Positions 30,160 through 42,263 of a DNA stretch of 64,000 bases are shown here, piece after piece. Positions within the stretch are counted from its first letter, which is position 1, and each line of letters begins with the position of its first letter. Under the pieces are notes generated by a model. The model saw only the letters and a list, made by a program, of their open reading frames with translations, was not told the DNA's origin and did not search any database. The translations under genes were made by a program, and so were the position numbers. Origin of the DNA: an uncultured Gemmatimonadales bacterium (GTDB lineage Bacteria; Gemmatimonadota; Gemmatimonadetes; Longimicrobiales; RSA9); NCBI GenBank assembly GCA_963798085.1, contig CAWCRS010000003.1, positions 544,001-608,000 on the forward strand, given 5' to 3'.

Positions 30160-32895
30160 TCACAGCGAGCGCAGCACGGCGGCCGGGCTGACCCGGGCCG
30201 CACGGTGGGCCGGGTACCACGTGGCCAGCAGAGCCAGCAGCGTGCTGGACACGGCGACCCCGGCGAGGACCGTGCTGTCCGTCGGGGGAATGCCAAACAG
30301 CATGTTTGCCACGGTGTGACCCGCCGCCAGTGAGCCTGCCAGTCCGATCACGAGACCCGTCAGGGTGAGCCGCAGCGACTGCTTGAGGACCTGTGCTGCG
30401 ACGTCGCGCTCGCGTGCCCCGAGGGCCATGCGCACACCGATCTCCGGTATGGACTGCGATACCGTGTATGCCATGACGCCGGTGAGGCCGATGGCCGCCA
30501 GCAGCGCGGCCAGCACGCCGAAGCACACGATGAGGAGCGTGCGCAGCCGCGGCGCGAGCAGGTCGATGTCCATCATCTCGCGCATGGTGCGCAGGAAGGC
30601 GATGGGCAGGTTCGCGTCGATGTCACGGATGGCGGCACGCACCTGGGCATTGAAGGCGCGTGCGTCACCGTTGCCACGGACGAGGAATGTACTGGTGGCG
30701 GGAATGGCCTGGGCCGGCGACTGTGCATAGGTGATGTAGACCACCTGTTCGCCACCCGTCGACAGCGAGAATTCGTTCACGTTCGGCGCCACGCCCACTA
30801 CGCGGTACGGCTGGCCGAGCACTGCGAGCGACTGTCCCAGCGGATTGGCACCCTCGAACAGCTTCTTCGCCAGCGCCTCGTTGATCACGACCACGGGTTC
30901 GCCGCCCACACCATCCGTGCGCTGCAGCTCACGGCCGGCGCTGAGGTGAATGCCCATGGTACGGAAGTAATCTGGTGTTATGGGATGGAACAGGGCCGTG
31001 GGCGACCTGGCAGACACCGGATCGCCCGGGTGGCCGACCGGCAGTGGCTGGGCGCCGCCACTCAGCGGGTGCAGGTTCACCGCGGCCGCAGCCGTGACGC
31101 CGGGCAGGCGGGCCAGCGCGTCCGTGATCTGCTCGTGCAGTTCCACGCGACGGGGCGCGGGATAGCGCGCCGGATTCATGGTCACGCGCAACGTGAGCAC
31201 GTTTTCGGCGTCGTAGCCGGGACGCACGTGCTGCAGCTTCCACAGGCTGCGCCCCAGCAGCCCGGCGCCGAAGGAGAGCATCACGGCCAGCGCAGTCTCC
31301 AGCACGACGAGCGTGTGACGCAGGCGGGAGCCCGTGCGCGAGCCGGTGCTGCCACGCGCATTCTCGCGCAACGTGGCGCTGAATGAGAGGCGCGACCACT
31401 GCACGGCCGGAGCGAGCCCGAAGAGCACGGCGGTCAGCAGCGCCATACCGAATGCGAATGCAATGACGCGCGGATCCAGATTCACTTCCTCGCCGCGCGG
31501 GATGGCGGTACCGCCCAGGGCAATGATGCCGCGCGAGCCGAGATAACCCAGCCAGACGCCCACGGCGCCGGCGGCAAGCGCCAGCAGGAGGCTCTCGGTG
31601 AGCAGCTGGGCGATGAGGCGGGGACGGGCCGCGCCCAGCGCCCCGCGCACGGTGAGTTCGCGGCGGCGAACCGTAGCACGGCTGAGCAGCAGGTTGGCCG
31701 CGTTGGCGCAGCCGATGAGCAGCAGCAGCGCGACCGCGCCCGACAGCAGGTACAGCGTCGGCTTCACGTTGCCCGTCCTGGCTTCCTGGGCGGGTGTGAC
31801 CTGCACGTTGGCCGGGATGTTCAGCTGCGCGTAGTACGGGCCGATGCGTCCTTCGATCTCCTTCTTCGCCGCATTCGGCGTGAAGCCCGGGCGCAGGCGC
31901 AGCGTGGCCATGTATGCGCGGAAATTGCGCTGCGTGCGCAGCGCAGGCGGGGGCGGCGGCAGGAGCCGATACATCGCGGTCTCGATGTCCTGCACGGGGA
32001 AGGCGAGCGGGTCGGCGAAATGGCTGGCGGCAACACCGATGATGGTGTAGGAACGACCGTCCATCACCATGGCTTGACCGACGATGTCCGTACGGCCGCC
32101 GAAGTCTGCCTGCCATGTGCCCCAGCTGAGCACCACGTCATCGCCCTGGGGATCGTCCTGCCCGCGGAACAGGCGCCCGAGAGCGGGCCGGACACCGAGC
32201 AGCTCGAAGAAGTCGGGCGTCACGGCCGCGGAAAGGCGCACGCCGACCGACCCATCGTTCTCGCGGAACGCGGCGCGCCAGCCCTGCCAGAAAGCGACGC
32301 CTTCGATGGAGCTCGCCTGGCGCAGATCGTCCAGATCCGCCCACGAATAGCCCGGCGATATCATGACGCGATCCGCGGCGGTGTAGGGCATGGGCCGCAG
32401 CAGCACGCCGTTGATGACCGAGAAGATGGCGATCACGGCGCCCATGCCCAGCGCCAGTGTTCCGATGGCAAACGCGGTAAAGCCGGGTGCCCGGCGCCAG
32501 AGCCGCAGCGAATGGCGGATGTCCTGGCGCAGGATGGCGGCGAGGGCGGCACCGCCACGCTGCCGCGGGCGGCCCGACGGCGCCGGGCCACCCGGGATGG
32601 ACGCTGTCGGCGGCAGCGACTGGCCTGCGGGTGTGTGCGCGGGTCGAGACCCGTCGTCGCCTGCGCCATCTGCATTCGAGCGGGCCACGACGTGGGCATC
32701 ACGCCACGCCCCGGGCAGCGCAGCGAAGGCATCGAGCAGCAGCCAGAGCGCCACGCGCAGGCGAGCAGGCAGACGGGCACTCGCGCGGGCCGCACGCAGC
32801 GCCTCGTCGGCAACGCCGCGCAACTCGTGTTCCCATTGGCGGCGGAAGTCGCGCGGATAGAAGCGCAGCACCAGTGCATACATGGTTCGTGTCAT
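30160..32895 (-). CDS. ADOP-type duplicated MacB/FtsX permease
   Basis: Two MacB-periplasmic/FtsX repeats: LLLIGCANAANLLL..RRRE..VRGALGA and EIGVRMALGA; ATGA overlap with PadR. Confidence 0.92.
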   Translation of the reverse strand: MTRTMYALVLRFYPRDFRRQWEHELRGVADEALRAARASARLPARLRVALWLLLDAFAALPGAWRDAHVVARSNADGAGDDGSRPAHTPAGQSLPPTASIPGGPAPSGRPRQRGGAALAAILRQDIRHSLRLWRRAPGFTAFAIGTLALGMGAVIAIFSVINGVLLRPMPYTAADRVMISPGYSWADLDDLRQASSIEGVAFWQGWRAAFRENDGSVGVRLSAAVTPDFFELLGVRPALGRLFRGQDDPQGDDVVLSWGTWQADFGGRTDIVGQAMVMDGRSYTIIGVAASHFADPLAFPVQDIETAMYRLLPPPPPALRTQRNFRAYMATLRLRPGFTPNAAKKEIEGRIGPYYAQLNIPANVQVTPAQEARTGNVKPTLYLLSGAVALLLLIGCANAANLLLSRATVRRRELTVRGALGAARPRLIAQLLTESLLLALAAGAVGVWLGYLGSRGIIALGGTAIPRGEEVNLDPRVIAFAFGMALLTAVLFGLAPAVQWSRLSFSATLRENARGSTGSRTGSRLRHTLVVLETALAVMLSFGAGLLGRSLWKLQHVRPGYDAENVLTLRVTMNPARYPAPRRVELHEQITDALARLPGVTAAAAVNLHPLSGGAQPLPVGHPGDPVSARSPTALFHPITPDYFRTMGIHLSAGRELQRTDGVGGEPVVVINEALAKKLFEGANPLGQSLAVLGQPYRVVGVAPNVNEFSLSTGGEQVVYITYAQSPAQAIPATSTFLVRGNGDARAFNAQVRAAIRDIDANLPIAFLRTMREMMDIDLLAPRLRTLLIVCFGVLAALLAAIGLTGVMAYTVSQSIPEIGVRMALGARERDVAAQVLKQSLRLTLTGLVIGLAGSLAAGHTVANMLFGIPPTDSTVLAGVAVSSTLLALLATWYPAHRAARVSPAAVLRSL

Positions 32896-33260
32896 GAAGA
32901 CCGTCCTTCGAAGCGGATGCCCCGGTCACGTGCAGCAGTCAGGATGCCGGCCAGGCGGCGCAATTCGGCGCGCAGCACCGCGCGGCCCAGGCCGGACGCG
33001 CGGAAGTAGCGACGGCGCGGATCATTCGAGTGGGGGTGCTCGTAGTCGTCCGCTTCCTCGAGCAGCCCATCCGTCTGGAGTGCGGCCAGCACGCGGTACA
33101 GACTTGCGGGGCCGGGCGCAATGAAGCCGTCCGACTGCTCGGCCACACGCGTCAGCAGCGCATAGCCGTGCAGTGGTTCCTCATCCAGCGCCAGCAGCAC
33201 GACCAGCTCCAGCTCCTTGAGCGGGAGTCTCGATTCCGGTGATCGCTGTGTGCGTGCCAT
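32892..33260 (-). CDS. PadR family regulator
   Basis: LLAL..EPLHGY, GPASLYRVL, RRRYF..SGLG. Confidence 0.9.
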   Translation of the reverse strand: MARTQRSPESRLPLKELELVVLLALDEEPLHGYALLTRVAEQSDGFIAPGPASLYRVLAALQTDGLLEEADDYEHPHSNDPRRRYFRASGLGRAVLRAELRRLAGILTAARDRGIRFEGRSS

Positions 33261-33374
33261 GTCTCCACCCGTTGCCATGCAGGCGGCCGCGAACGCCGCG
33301 CCACCGCAGCAACCCGATCCATTGGGGCATCTGCGTGCCGGTTCGGCGCCGGGGCGCGGCGCGGCGGCACCCGC

Positions 33375-34160
33375 CTAACCAGTTGTTTGACCGAGTTTCA
33401 CGAGCATTTCCAGCGCCGCGCGCGCCGCTTCCGGGCGCACCATGTGCGGGCCATCGAATTCCGTGTAGTCGACCTGATAGCCTCTGTTGCGCAGCGCGGG
33501 CACGAGCTGCCGGCTGGTCCGGTCCACGGGCAGGATCGTGTCCTGCGTGCCGTGCCAGATGGCAATGCGCGGCTTGCCGTTGCTGCCTGTCGGCGCGAAG
33601 AAGCCGGGCGAAAAAGCGAACACGAAGGGAAACAGATCACCGTTCGTGATACCGATCGACAACGCGTACGATGCGCCGTCGGAAAAGCCACCCACCGCCA
33701 TGCGCGCTGCATTGATGCTGCAGTGTGTAAAGGCGTGGTCGAGCGCGCGGTCGATGAACCCGATGTCCGGACCATAACCCGAGCTTACAACGTCCCATGT
33801 CATGGCCCGCGAATCGGGCGCCAGCAGGATCACACCGGCCTCTTCCGCAGCCGGCGCCATGGTGCGCAGCACCGTGGCACCGGCTTGCGTAGCACCGTGC
33901 AGTACCAGAGCCAGTGGTGCCGGCGCTGCGGGGTTGTACGCGGACGGGACCACGAGCCAGCCATCACGTTGCGACGCGAGACCCAGCGCGTGGCGCCCGG
34001 GCGCGATGCTCTTTTTCGGTGGATGCGGGCGCGCGTGCAGCCGGGCGGCTCCATCCTGCGTGAGGACGGAGGCCGCAGCCCGCGGCGCACACGCCGCGAC
34101 CAGCGCCCCCGCCATTGCCTGCAGCATCTCGCGCCGCCGCAACCCGATCGACCCGGTCAT
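33375..34160 (-). CDS. Tat-exported phospholipase/carboxylesterase (alpha/beta hydrolase)
   Basis: RRREMLQ twin-Arg signal, LHGA, GFSDGAS nucleophile, HGTQD, DGPH. Confidence 0.85.
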   Translation of the reverse strand: MTGSIGLRRREMLQAMAGALVAACAPRAAASVLTQDGAARLHARPHPPKKSIAPGRHALGLASQRDGWLVVPSAYNPAAPAPLALVLHGATQAGATVLRTMAPAAEEAGVILLAPDSRAMTWDVVSSGYGPDIGFIDRALDHAFTHCSINAARMAVGGFSDGASYALSIGITNGDLFPFVFAFSPGFFAPTGSNGKPRIAIWHGTQDTILPVDRTSRQLVPALRNRGYQVDYTEFDGPHMVRPEAARAALEMLVKLGQTTG

Positions 34161-34181
34161 GGACCTCCGAAAGCGGAGAAG

Positions 34182-34199
34182 ATGAGGTTCTATTCTCAT
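34182..34199. promoter_or_regulatory. Palindromic operator candidate ATGAG-N8-CTCAT
   Basis: Inverted repeat in an AT-rich patch just upstream of the esterase-PadR-permease genes. Confidence 0.4.
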
Positions 34200-34435
34200 T
34201 ATGGGAAGAGTCTTGTGCCAGTGGCGATGGCGCAGGGACGAACAATGCCGTGCGCGGGACGGAGCGGGCCGCCTTGCGCGGGCGCGGGTGGCAGGGGAGT
34301 TTGCGCCTGTGTGCGCGCGAATCGAACCCGGGGCGCGTTCGTAGGGGCGATGGAGCTGCAACCCTGAAACGCGACCGGCGTGACGCGACGCAGGCGTGAT
34401 GCGGAGCGCCGGATCACCAACCCGGGAATCGAATC

Positions 34436-34696
34436 ATGTTTCCGATACTGCTGCTTCCTCTGGTTTTCTGGCTCGTGGTATTGAGCGGCGGCTTCTACGT
34501 GGCGATCCGTTTCATTCGAGCGTTCGAGACGCGCGGGCGGGGCGGGGATGCGGATGCGATCGAAGCGCTGGGGCAGCGGCTGCTGCGGCTGGAAGAGACG
34601 ATGGAAGCCATGGGCACGCAGCTGGAGCGCGTGTCCGAGGCGCAGCAGTTCACGACGAAGTTGCTGACGGAGAAGACGGAGCCGCCGGTCAATTGA
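34436..34696 (+). CDS. Small membrane protein with C-terminal coiled coil
   Basis: N-terminal TM helix, then LLRLEETMEAMGTQLERVSEAQQFTTKLL; 16 nt before the next gene. Confidence 0.75.
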   Translation: MFPILLLPLVFWLVVLSGGFYVAIRFIRAFETRGRGGDADAIEALGQRLLRLEETMEAMGTQLERVSEAQQFTTKLLTEKTEPPVN

Positions 34697-34712
34697 CGCA
34701 TCGAGTGGTGCC

Positions 34713-37176
34713 ATGGAGCGAACCGTGACGCGGGTAAGAGCGGGAAGGTACGGACCCCGGATCTTCGGGGGCGGAAGCGCACTGCTGCTGCTCGCGCTGG
34801 CAGCGGGTTATGCGCTGGCCGGACCCAGCCGTTACGGTCACTCGGACCGCATTGAGCGGCACATGCTGCCCGCGGTGTCGACCGGGCCGCTGGATCCGGC
34901 GTGGAATCCTGATGGTCAGTGGATCGCGTACTCGATGCGCGGCGATGTGTGGAAAGTGCCGGCCGCGGGCGGCGAAGCGATCGCGTTGACCGCGGGCCCC
35001 GCGTACCACTTCGAGCCGGCGTGGAGTCCTGACGGCGCACGGGTCGCCCTCTCCATGGATGTGGATGGCAATCTCGACATTGGCATAGTCAGCGCGGCGG
35101 GCGGCGATGTGCAGCGCATCACGACGGATCCTGCGGTGGATGTGGAGCCGGCATGGAGCCGGGACGGGAAGAGCCTGTACTTCGTGAGTGCGCGTTCGGG
35201 CGGCTTCCGTATTTTCCGGCACGACCTGGACAGCGGCCGTGACACGGTGGTAACGAGCGGTTATCAGCCCGCGCCGTCGCCTGACGGGACGCGGCTGGCG
35301 TACGTGGCGCCGGTGCCGGGACGCAACGGCTCGGGCGGACTCTGGGTGAGGGACCTGCCCGCCGGCGAGCCTCGCCTGGTGCAGTACGAGGAAACCGAGT
35401 ATCGCATGAAGCCGGCGTGGACACCGGACGGTCAGGCGTTGCTCTACGTTTCCGACGAGCGTGGCTCGAACGATGTGGTGATCCTGCCGGTGGCGGGCGG
35501 GAGTCCGGTGGTGCTGACGGTGGATGCCCACGATGAGTTCTCGCCGTCGCCGAGTCCTGATGGCCAGCGTTTCGCGTTCGTCTCCAATCGCACGGGCCCC
35601 ACCACCCTCTACACGGCGAATATCAGCGGCGGACTGCTCAGTGCCTGGCAGGCTGTGGCGATGCGCGGACGCAGGTCTCGCCTGCCCACGGGACGGGTAC
35701 GGCTGCGCGTGGTGGATGCGAGCGGAATGCCCGTGGCCGCGCGCGTGACGGTGCAGGCGAGTGACGGTCGCAGCTACGCCCCCGACGGTGGTTTCCATCG
35801 CGTCATTGCGGTCACCGAGACGCATTACTTCCACACGGCCGGCGAGGCGGAAGTGGAAGTGCCCGCGGGACGCGTGACGATCGATGCAGCGAAGGGCTTC
35901 GAGTTCGAGCCGGCGCGCGCCAGTGTGAACGTGCCGCCGGGCGGCGTGCAGAATGCGGTGCTGCGTCTCACGCGGATGGTCGACATGCCCGGGCGCGGCT
36001 GGTACTCCGGCGACACGCACATTCACGACCTGCACCAGGGTCGCTTCGGACTGACGCACGAGACTTTCTTCAATGAGCTGCAGGCAGAGGATCTGCACGT
36101 GACCAACGCGCTGATCCACATGGATGGCACGCGACTGATGGGACGCTGGAGCGACCTCACCGGCAAACCCAGCCCGCTGTCCAGTGCGCAGTACATTCTG
36201 CAGTACGGCGAAGAATTCCGGGGCGCACTGGGCCACATCGCGATGCTGGGCATTCTCGCATTACATACTGCCCTTCACCACCGGCGAGAACGGCACTGCC
36301 TACGCGCAGCCCACACTCGATCTCATGTACCTGGACTCGGCGAAGGCGCAGGGCGGCATGGCGGGCTACGTGCATCCGTATGCCAGCATGATCGCCCGTC
36401 CGGAAATGGCCGCGAATTCGCTGATTCCCGTCGATGTCGCGCTGGGCCGCGGCGAATTCTACGACATTGGTGCGGTCTACTCGGATGAGCGGGCTTCGGC
36501 CGACATGTACTACCGCTTCCTCAACTGCGGATTCCGTCTGCCGGCGACGTCGGGCACCGACAACTTCTCGGACGTGTGGCGCGATCCGCCGCCGGGTGCG
36601 GATCGCACATTCGTGCACGTGCGCGGGCCGCTCTCGCTGAGCAGCTGGCTGGCGGGCATCCGCGCCGGTCACACGTTCGGCACCACCGGCCCGCTCGTGT
36701 TCCTCGATGTGCAGGGAAAGGAGCCAGGCGACGAGATCAGTCTGGCCGCCGGCGCGCGCGCGAGCCTGCACGTTCACGCCGAGGCCCTGTCCATCGCGCC
36801 CATCGACAGCCTGGAGATCGTGGCCAATGGCCGCATCGTGCAGAGTATCACAGGCGACTCCGCGCACCTCACGTTCGACGGCACCGTGGACCTGCCGCAC
36901 GGGGGCTGGATCGCGGCGCGCGTGACCGGGCCATCGTCGCGCTATATAACCGACAGTTATGCCTTCGCACAGAGTTCACCGGTGTACGTGGTGCGCGGCG
37001 GCCATCCCTTCGTTTCGGCGGATGATGCGCAGTTCCTGGCGGCCGCAGTGGACGCGTTGTGGGCGCGCATGGAGCGCACCCGCTGGCGCACCAGCGCGGA
37101 ACGCGACCGGTTCAAGACCGCGGTCGATGAAGCCCGTTCCGTCTACGAGCGCATCGCCCGCAGTGCCGCCAACTGA
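34713..37176 (+). CDS. Secreted TolB/PD40-propeller + CehA/McbA-type PHP metallohydrolase (1-nt frameshift at ~36253)
   Basis: Repeated PAWSPDG; GWYSGDTHIH, GEEFR..LGH, GYVHP, GTD. The frames join on removal of one T. Confidence 0.85.
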
Positions 37177-37265
37177 CGCGCGCCGCTCCCTTCGCTGATC
37201 CGCCCCTGCTCTTGTCCGGCTGTCGTTCCCTTTATATCTTCCTGCGAGAGTAAGAAAGGAACGAC

Positions 37266-37604
37266 ATGCCGGACACGGAGAATCTGCCGGTCGTGGAGCT
37301 GGCGGCGCTGGTGAGCGTGCTGCGACTGGGTGAAGCGGCGTATGGGGTTTCGATCCAGCAGGAGATCGAAGCGCGGACGGGTCGTTCGCGGTCGGTAGCG
37401 GCGGTGTACGCGGCGCTGGAGCGGCTGGAAGCGCGGGGCTATGTGGAGCCCTGGCTGTCGGATCCGCTGCCGGAGCGTGGCGGTCGGGCGCGCCGGAACT
37501 ACCGGATGACGCGTGCGGGGCAGGCGGCACTGCGCCGGGAGCAGGCGGCGTGGCAGCGCCTGTGGGAGGGGCTGGAGGCGGGCTCGGCCATGCGGGTGCG
37601 ATGA
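37266..37604 (+). CDS. PadR family regulator
   Basis: AYGVSI, AVYAALERLE, ERGGRARRNY; AAGGA RBS. Confidence 0.92.
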   Translation: MPDTENLPVVELAALVSVLRLGEAAYGVSIQQEIEARTGRSRSVAAVYAALERLEARGYVEPWLSDPLPERGGRARRNYRMTRAGQAALRREQAAWQRLWEGLEAGSAMRVR

Positions 37605-40284
37605 GTCCGCCGCCTGGAGGCGCCGGGCGCCTGCCGCGGCTGGCGACGTGGCTGCTGCTGCGTCTGCTGCCGTCCGCGGATGCGCAATACATTCTGTGAT
37701 GATGTAAGCGAGCGTTATGCGCACGCGATCCAGCCGGCGAGGAGCCGGCTGCGCGCGTGGCTCTGGGTGTGGGGCGAGGTGTTGCGTTCGGTGGTTCCGG
37801 CATTGCGGCTGCGCTGGCGGCGGCGGGTTCCCGCAGGGCCTCGCCGGCGTGCGCGGCGACGAGCGGCTTGGGCGGTCGAGCGGCTGGCCGGCGGTATGCG
37901 CATGGGCTGGCGGCAGCTCTGGCGGAATCCCGGTTTTGCGGTGGCGGCGCTGCTCACACTGGCCGCGGCAGTGGGCCTGAACACGGCGTTATTCAGCGTG
38001 GTGTATGCGGTGCTGCTGCGGCCGCTGCCGCTGGCTTCGCCGGAGCGCATTGTGGTGCTGCAGAGGCGACCGGCGGGAGAGCAGCCGTACATTGGGTTAT
38101 CCGAGCCTGCGTATGTGGAACTCACGCACTCGGCGCACGGACTGGAGGGGGTTGCGGCGCTGGACTTCCGCAGTCTCACGGTGCGCACCGGTGCCGGGCC
38201 GGAGCGGGTCATGGCGCTGCTGGGAACGCCGTCGGTGTTCGGAGTGGCGGGCGTGGCGGCGCGTCTGGGGCGCGGTTTCGATGTCGGCGCCGGGCAACCG
38301 GGTGGCGACGGCGTGGTCGTGTTGAGCGACAGCTACTGGCGCTCGCGGTTCGGTGGTGATGCGCACGTTGTGGGGCGCACCATGCAGGTGGACGAGCGCA
38401 CGTGTGTGATCGTCGGCGTCCTGCCGGCCGGCCTCACGTTCGTTGGCCCGGCAGCGGACCTCTGGCTGCCGCTGGTGGTGGACGCTGCGCGCTTCGGTCC
38501 GGGCTCGGCCGAGAACAACAATCGCATTGTGATTGCGCGACTCGCGCGCGGCACATTGCTGGCGAGCGCCCAGGCGGAGTCCGGTTCCTGGGTTCAGGCG
38601 GTGCGCGCCGTGTATCCGAACGCTTTCAGCGACGGCACGCAGCTCGGCGTGCTGCCGCTGCGCGAGGTGATCGCGGGCAGGTACCGTGCGCTGCTGCTGC
38701 TGCTGCTGGGCGCCGTCGGTCTGGTGTTGCTGATCGGCTGCGCGAATCTGGCTAACCTGATGCTTGTGCGTGGCGCCGCGCGCGTGCAGGAACTGGCTGT
38801 GCGCAGCGCGCTGGGCGCGAGTCTGAAGCGTCTGATCGGACAACTGCTGCTGGAGAGCCTGGTACTCGGCGTAGTGGGAGGCACGGCCGGCCTCGTACCG
38901 GCGTGGCTGGCGCTCGGCCTCGTGCGTCGTCTCACGCCTGTGAGTCTGCCCGGACTGGAGAGCGCGGGGCTGCAGGCGCCGGTTCTGGCGTTTGCCGGCG
39001 CGATCGCCGTGACAGCGGGATTGCTGTTCGGTCTTGCGCCGGTGCTGCAGGTTGCGCGGGCGCGACTGGCCGGATCGCTGCGCGCGGGCGGGCGAGGCGC
39101 GGTACGCGGCACGCGCGGTCACGAGCTGCTGGTTGCCGCCGAGGTGGCGCTCGCAGCCGTGCTGCTGGTGGGCGCGATGCTGCTCGTGCGCAGCATGGTA
39201 CGGCTCTTTGCGGTCGATGCCGGATTCGACTGGCAGGATCGCGTCACCGCGCAGGTCACGCTGCCCGGCGATCGTTATGCGACGGATGCGGCCGTCCATG
39301 CACTGCTGCAGCCGCTGCTGGCGAGTGTGCGCTCGCTGCCGGGCGTCCGCTCCGCCGCACTGGTGCAGACGCTGCCGCTGACGGGCGCTTCCAACTGGGG
39401 CTACGAGGTGGAAGGTCACGCGGGCGAGAAGATCCGTTTTGCGGACTACAACCTGGTCAGCCCCGGCTATTTCCAGACCTTGGGGATTCCGCTGCGGCGA
39501 GGGCGCGATTTCGAGATTGCGGACGAGACGGACGGCCGCAATGTGGTGATCATCAGCGAATCCATGGCGCGCCGCGTGTTCGGAAACGTCGATCCGGTGG
39601 GGCAGCGGATCAACATGAACATCCGCGGCCAGGTCTGGCGCGAGATCGTGGGCGTGGCGGGCGATGTGCGGAGTCGCAGCCTCAGTGTGTCTTCGCCGGA
39701 CGAAGTGTATCTGCCGCCTCGGCGGCTGCCTTTCACAGCGCCACTCGAGAATGGCGATCGTCATGCACGTCGTGCATGCCGGCGGTGATGTCGCGGGTTC
39801 ACTGCGCGATCTGCTGCAGCGCCTGGATCCGTCAGTGCCCATCTCCGGTGTAAGGACGCTGTACGGCGTGGTGGCCGCTTCGGAAGCGACGCGGCGTTCA
39901 CTGATGAGCCTGCTGCTGTTGTTCGCGGGGCTGGCCGCGGGCCTTGCCGCCATCGGCATCTATGGCGTGATCGCGTACACGGTGACGCTCCGGCGGCGCG
40001 AGCTTGGACTGCGTGGTGCTCTGGGCGCACGACCATCCGACCTGCTGCGCATGGTGCTGCTGCGCGGTGCGCGGTTGTCCACGCTCGGTCTGGCGATCGG
40101 ACTGCCGGCCGCGTTTCTGATCAGCCGGCTGATGTCCGGCTTCATGTTCGGCATCGAGCGCACGGATGGACTCAGCTATGCGGCCGTGGTGATGCTCACG
40201 ATTCCCGTGACGTTGCTGGCCAGCCTGGTGCCGGCGTGGCGCGCGGCGCGCATTGATCCCGTGGCCGCGCTGAACGTGGAGTAG
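37601..40284 (+). CDS. ADOP-type duplicated permease (two 1-nt frameshifts at ~37692 and ~39750)
   Basis: ATGA overlap with PadR; MSPPPGGAGRLPRLATWLL leader; LIGCANLANL, RRRELGLRGALGA, IDPVAAL. Span is 894 codons + 2 nt. Confidence 0.88.
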
Positions 40285-40445
40285 CAAACCCTCCTCGACC
40301 GGCCGGTGCTGGGCCGTCGCATCGCGGCAGTCCGTGCCCGGCAGCTTGCCGTCAGCCTGTGGCCGCGCGTAGATCAGCAATGAAGCGCGCGCGCCGCCCC
40401 GCCAAGAGCCGCGCGCTGCGGTGTCCTCCTGACAGGGAGTCAGAC

Positions 40446-41645
40446 ATGAGAATGCCGGCGCGTGGTTCCATCGGGACCCTGCTTGGGCTGGTGCTGGTTG
40501 CGGCCATCGCGATCGCGGCCGCACGGCCGAGGCTGGACAACGGATTGGTGCGTACACCGCCGATGGGCTGGAACAGCTGGAATCATTTCGGCTGTGATGT
40601 CAGCGCGCAGCTGATTCGCGAGACGGCAGACGCGATGGTGAGCAGCGGCATGCGCGATGCCGGTTACCGTTACGTCGTCATCGACGATTGCTGGCAGGTG
40701 GCGCGTGAGGCCGGTGGTCGCATCGTCGCCGATTCGGTGCGCTTCCCCGAGGGGATCAAGGCGCTGGCGGACTACGTGCACGGGAAGGGCCTCAAGTTCG
40801 GCATCTACACCGATGCGGGGCGGCGCACCTGTCAGGGTCGGCCCGGCTCGTACGGCTACGAGGAGATGGATGCGCGCACGTACGCCACGTGGGGCGTGGA
40901 CTACGTGAAGGTCGACTGGTGCAACGCGGAGGGGCTGGACGCGCGCACGCAGTACGCGAAAATGCGCGAGGCACTGGCGAAGGCAGGTCGACCGATCGTC
41001 TTCAGCATCTGCGAGTGGGGCAGCAACCGGCCGTGGGAATGGGGCGCAACCACCGGCAACCTGTGGCGCACGACGGGCGACATCTCGGATCACTGGAACA
41101 GTCTGTTATCGATCCTCGATCTGTCCTCGCAGTACTGGAGCGCGGCCCGGCCGGGCGCCTGGAACGATCCGGACATGCTCGAGGTGGGCAACGGCGGCAT
41201 GACCAATGACGAGTATCGCGCGCACTTCAGCCTGTGGGCGCTGATGGCGGCGCCGCTCATGGCGGGCAACGACCTGCGCACACTCGTCGGCGATGCGCGT
41301 CAGACGCGCAACATCCGTGAGATCCTGACGAACAGTGAAGTCATTGCCATCGACCAGGATTCACTGGGCGTGCAGGGCATGCTGGTGCAGAACTACCCGC
41401 CGGAGCTGCAGGTCTGGGCACGGCCCCTCGCCGACAGCTCGCGCGCAGTGGTGCTGTTCAACCGCGCGTCCGTGCCCACGAGCATGACGGTGAGCTGGAG
41501 CCGTATCGGCATCACGTCGGACTCGGCGCGCGTGCGCGATCTCTGGGCGCACACGGACGCCGGGACGGTATCACGGCGCTACAGCACGTTGGTGCCCTCG
41601 CACGGCGTTGTGATGCTGCGAGTCTGGCCTGTGCGCTCCCGCTGA
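40446..41645 (+). CDS. Secreted alpha-galactosidase (GH27)
   Basis: TPPMGWNSWN, IDDCW, DYVKVDWC, CEWG, WRTTGDI, WNDPDMLEVGN. Confidence 0.95.
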   Translation: MRMPARGSIGTLLGLVLVAAIAIAAARPRLDNGLVRTPPMGWNSWNHFGCDVSAQLIRETADAMVSSGMRDAGYRYVVIDDCWQVAREAGGRIVADSVRFPEGIKALADYVHGKGLKFGIYTDAGRRTCQGRPGSYGYEEMDARTYATWGVDYVKVDWCNAEGLDARTQYAKMREALAKAGRPIVFSICEWGSNRPWEWGATTGNLWRTTGDISDHWNSLLSILDLSSQYWSAARPGAWNDPDMLEVGNGGMTNDEYRAHFSLWALMAAPLMAGNDLRTLVGDARQTRNIREILTNSEVIAIDQDSLGVQGMLVQNYPPELQVWARPLADSSRAVVLFNRASVPTSMTVSWSRIGITSDSARVRDLWAHTDAGTVSRRYSTLVPSHGVVMLRVWPVRSR

Positions 41646-41654
41646 TCGCAGCGG

Positions 41655-42263
41655 TCAGGCCAGGTGCGCGACGGCGCCGCTCCAGGCAATGGGGTCCTGG
41701 TCCTGCCGGATCGGACTGGCAACATGAATGATCACGCTGCCGGACTCGATGCGCAGGGGATAGCGATCCATGCCGCGGGTTGCGCGGCCCGAGATGAACG
41801 TGCCGTCGGGCTGGTACTTCGACTTGTGCTTCGGGCACTGGAAGCGCTGGTCGGCATCGAGCCACTTGAGCATGGTGCGCTGATGCGGGCATGACAGCGC
41901 GAACGCGTAGAGCGCGCGCTGCCAGCGCACGAGGATCAGCTCGTTGCCGCGGTCGATCGTCACACCGTCGTTTGCAGGCACGGCGAAACGCACGTCCTGG
42001 TCTTCCCCGCTGGCCACGCCCCGCCACCAGCGTACGGGGATCGCGGCCGCCCTCGCCGGGCTTGCGCCCAGGCTGGCCAGCAGCACGGCGGCAAGGCCGG
42101 CGCCCTCGCGCAGGAAGTCGCGGCGGCTGCCCACGGCAAGGCAGGCATCGCACACGGCGGCCGGCGGTGCGGACGCATCGACGTGTTCGTTCTGCGAGCA
42201 AGCGCCCTCAGGGGCCGTCAGCGGTGCTGTATCCGATGCAGGCATGCGGTTTCCGAAGGTCAT
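41655..42263 (-). CDS. Tat-exported Rieske [2Fe-2S] protein
   Basis: SRRDFL signal; CPHQ...FQCPKHKSKY..DG. Start uncertain (ATGA overlap at 42263). Confidence 0.85.
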   Translation of the reverse strand: MTFGNRMPASDTAPLTAPEGACSQNEHVDASAPPAAVCDACLAVGSRRDFLREGAGLAAVLLASLGASPARAAAIPVRWWRGVASGEDQDVRFAVPANDGVTIDRGNELILVRWQRALYAFALSCPHQRTMLKWLDADQRFQCPKHKSKYQPDGTFISGRATRGMDRYPLRIESGSVIIHVASPIRQDQDPIAWSGAVAHLA